NCBI GenBank assembly: GCA_905181595.1
Contig: CAJIYI010000001.1
Span: 3,551 to 67,550, forward strand
DNA: 64,000 bases
Source of the DNA: an uncultured SAR86 cluster bacterium
GTDB lineage: Bacteria > Pseudomonadota > Gammaproteobacteria > Magnimaribacterales > D2472
Reading direction: 5' to 3'
Shown: positions 62,599-64,000 of the stretch, piece by piece
Numbering within the stretch: position 1 is the first letter of the stretch
How the letters are laid out: each line of letters begins with the position of its first letter
The notes under the pieces: model-generated
Seen by the model: the letters and a program-made list of their open reading frames with translations, nothing else
The model's database searches: none
Told to the model about the DNA's origin: nothing
Program-made: the position numbers and the translations under genes

Positions 62599-63552
62599 TG
62601 TTCTCAAGACTTGGTACTTTTTTTATATTAATCTTTTGTTCTTCTTCACTTTTTTCTCATGAATTTAATCCCGCTCACTTAGTTGTAAATGAGAGTGAGG
62701 AAAATATTTATGAAGTTAAGTGGATGTATCCCTCAAAAAATATTGGCTCCAGAGGAGAGGTATTTTTTCCAACGAACTGTGCAAGAGAGAGTGGAGTACC
62801 TCTGCAGCAGGGCAAATATCTAGTTGAAAAAATTAGCCTTACTTGCGATCAATCTCTTAAAGGTCTAGCCATAGAGGTTAGAAACTTAAGTGTGCTAACA
62901 GATGCCCTTGTTACCATCACCCACTTGAATGGAGAAGTATTTGAGGGCTTGCTCAATGTAAAAAAATCATCTACTTACGGTTCCTTTAAAAGAGCAGGTT
63001 TACCCTTTGGCTTACTTTACTTTGGGCGTAGATCATTTAATGAGCGGCAAGGACCATATCTTGTTTATTTTAGGCTTGCTGTTTTTGGTATCGGGTCTTT
63101 TTAATGCAATCAAAACCATTACAGCCTTTACCCTAGCGCACAGCATTACTCTGGGTCTTTCTGTGTTTGAATTGGTATCATTGCCTCAAGCTAGCGTCGA
63201 GGCAATTATTGCATTAACAATTATTTATCTAGCAATTGAAATTAGTACTCAGAAGCGATACTCAGCCACTCCTTGGCTTATTGCTTTTGGGTTTGGGTTG
63301 CTGCATGGACTGGGTTTTGCGAATGCTTTAACAGGTATTGGCATTGGTAATGAGCAGCTTTTTCTGTCCCTATTATTTTTTAACTTGGGCATAGAGGCTG
63401 GACAGTTATTGCTCCTTCCCATATTTGGTTCTCTGATCTGGGTAGCCGATAGATATAATTATTACAATCAAGCCGCCACACTGACATCATTGATTTTAGG
63501 TGGCATGGGCTTCTTCTGGCTTATCGATAGAACCATTAGCATTTTAGGCTAA
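62598..63552 (+). CDS. HupE/UreJ_2 family membrane protein (apparent frameshift)
   Basis: The signal peptide ends ...SSSLFS/HEFNPAH, giving a His-rich mature N-terminus. The membrane domain has GVDHLMSGKDHILFILGLL and GLLHGLGFA. The junction is at the A7 run 62960-62966. Confidence 0.65.
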
Positions 63553-63560
63553 GAAAAAAT

Positions 63561-64000
63561 CTAAAGAAATTGTTGATAATCTATTGGAGTATTTTTATCT
63601 ATGCTTTTTGTGGCAGGGGGCATTGGGTATTTAAGACCAGTTGCGCAATTAAATAGCATAGCTGTTTCATCTGGACTAATAATGTTTTTCTCAATGGCCA
63701 GTTGATATCCAGCTGCAGTAGCCGCTCCTTCAGGGCAAAGCAGCAAACCATCCTCTTGAGAGACTAGGTTTCTTGTATTGATAATATGCTCGTCATCTAC
63801 AGCAAGAGCACATCCATTTGATTCTCTAATTGCTTCTAAAATTAGAAAATCACCTATTGCAGCAGGGACTCTAATACCCGATGCGACAGTGCTAGCATTT
63901 TCCCATAATGGCGCATGACTCAACCCTTCGTTAAAAGCATTTACAATGGGCGCGCATCCAGTAGATTGAACGGCTATCATTTTTGGTAATTTACATTTCA
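63561..64000 (-). CDS. thrC: threonine synthase, C-terminal part (gene continues beyond window end)
   Basis: VQSTGCAPIV...GIRVPAAIGDFLILEAIRESNG..AVDDEHI...EGLLLCPEGAATAAG is present. The frame remains open to position 64000. Confidence 0.7.
   Translation of the reverse strand, partial: KCKLPKMIAVQSTGCAPIVNAFNEGLSHAPLWENASTVASGIRVPAAIGDFLILEAIRESNGCALAVDDEHIINTRNLVSQEDGLLLCPEGAATAAGYQLAIEKNIISPDETAMLFNCATGLKYPMPPATKSIDKNTPIDYQQFL

Noticed and set aside
2162-63552. Programmed ribosomal frameshifting or recoding as the explanation for the split genes
   Set aside because: The junctions occur in unrelated housekeeping genes, with no shared slippery heptamer or downstream structure. Several are at plain homopolymers, so indel errors or mutations are the simpler explanation.
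1-64000. CRISPR arrays, tRNA/rRNA genes, transposases, integrases, prophage blocks, toxin-antitoxin pairs or recognisable defence systems
   Set aside because: I saw no direct-repeat arrays and no cloverleaf-capable GC-rich intergenic segments. The intergenic regions are nearly all under 170 nt. No ORF has recombinase, nuclease or ATPase defence-type motifs.

Overview
A visibly AT-rich, tightly packed chromosomal segment of about 75 genes. Many neighbouring genes overlap at start and stop codons (ATGA or TAATG). The content and synteny look like a streamlined marine gammaproteobacterium. The run hemW-rdgB-metW-metX-yggT-proC-yggS follows the Pseudomonas-type gene order, and rppH...lgt-thyA-folA and gcvT-gcvH-gcvP are also present. 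Most genes are housekeeping or transport genes: uvrD, lipB/lipA, a TRAP transporter, rpoH, trmB, argS, efp, a six-gene TonB2/Ttp-type energizer cluster, an FTR1 iron permease behind a Fur-box-like palindrome, an ACE-like M2 peptidase, and several oxidoreductases. I found no rRNA, tRNA, CRISPR array, transposase or integrase. About 20 genes are split by apparent single-base frameshifts. Several junctions sit at homopolymer runs, so most are probably sequencing errors, but the 17.9-21 kb stretch is unusually dense in them. The best candidate for an undescribed system is at 7.3-9.4 kb. There a cytoplasmic prolyl-4-hydroxylase lies divergent from a Skp1-type GlcNAc-transferase-family gene, whose stop overlaps the start of a phage-type MazG. 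The second candidate is the DUF3604 / PPIase-like / HupE-UreJ_2 triad at 59.7-63.6 kb. All family assignments come from motif recognition by eye, not from database searches.
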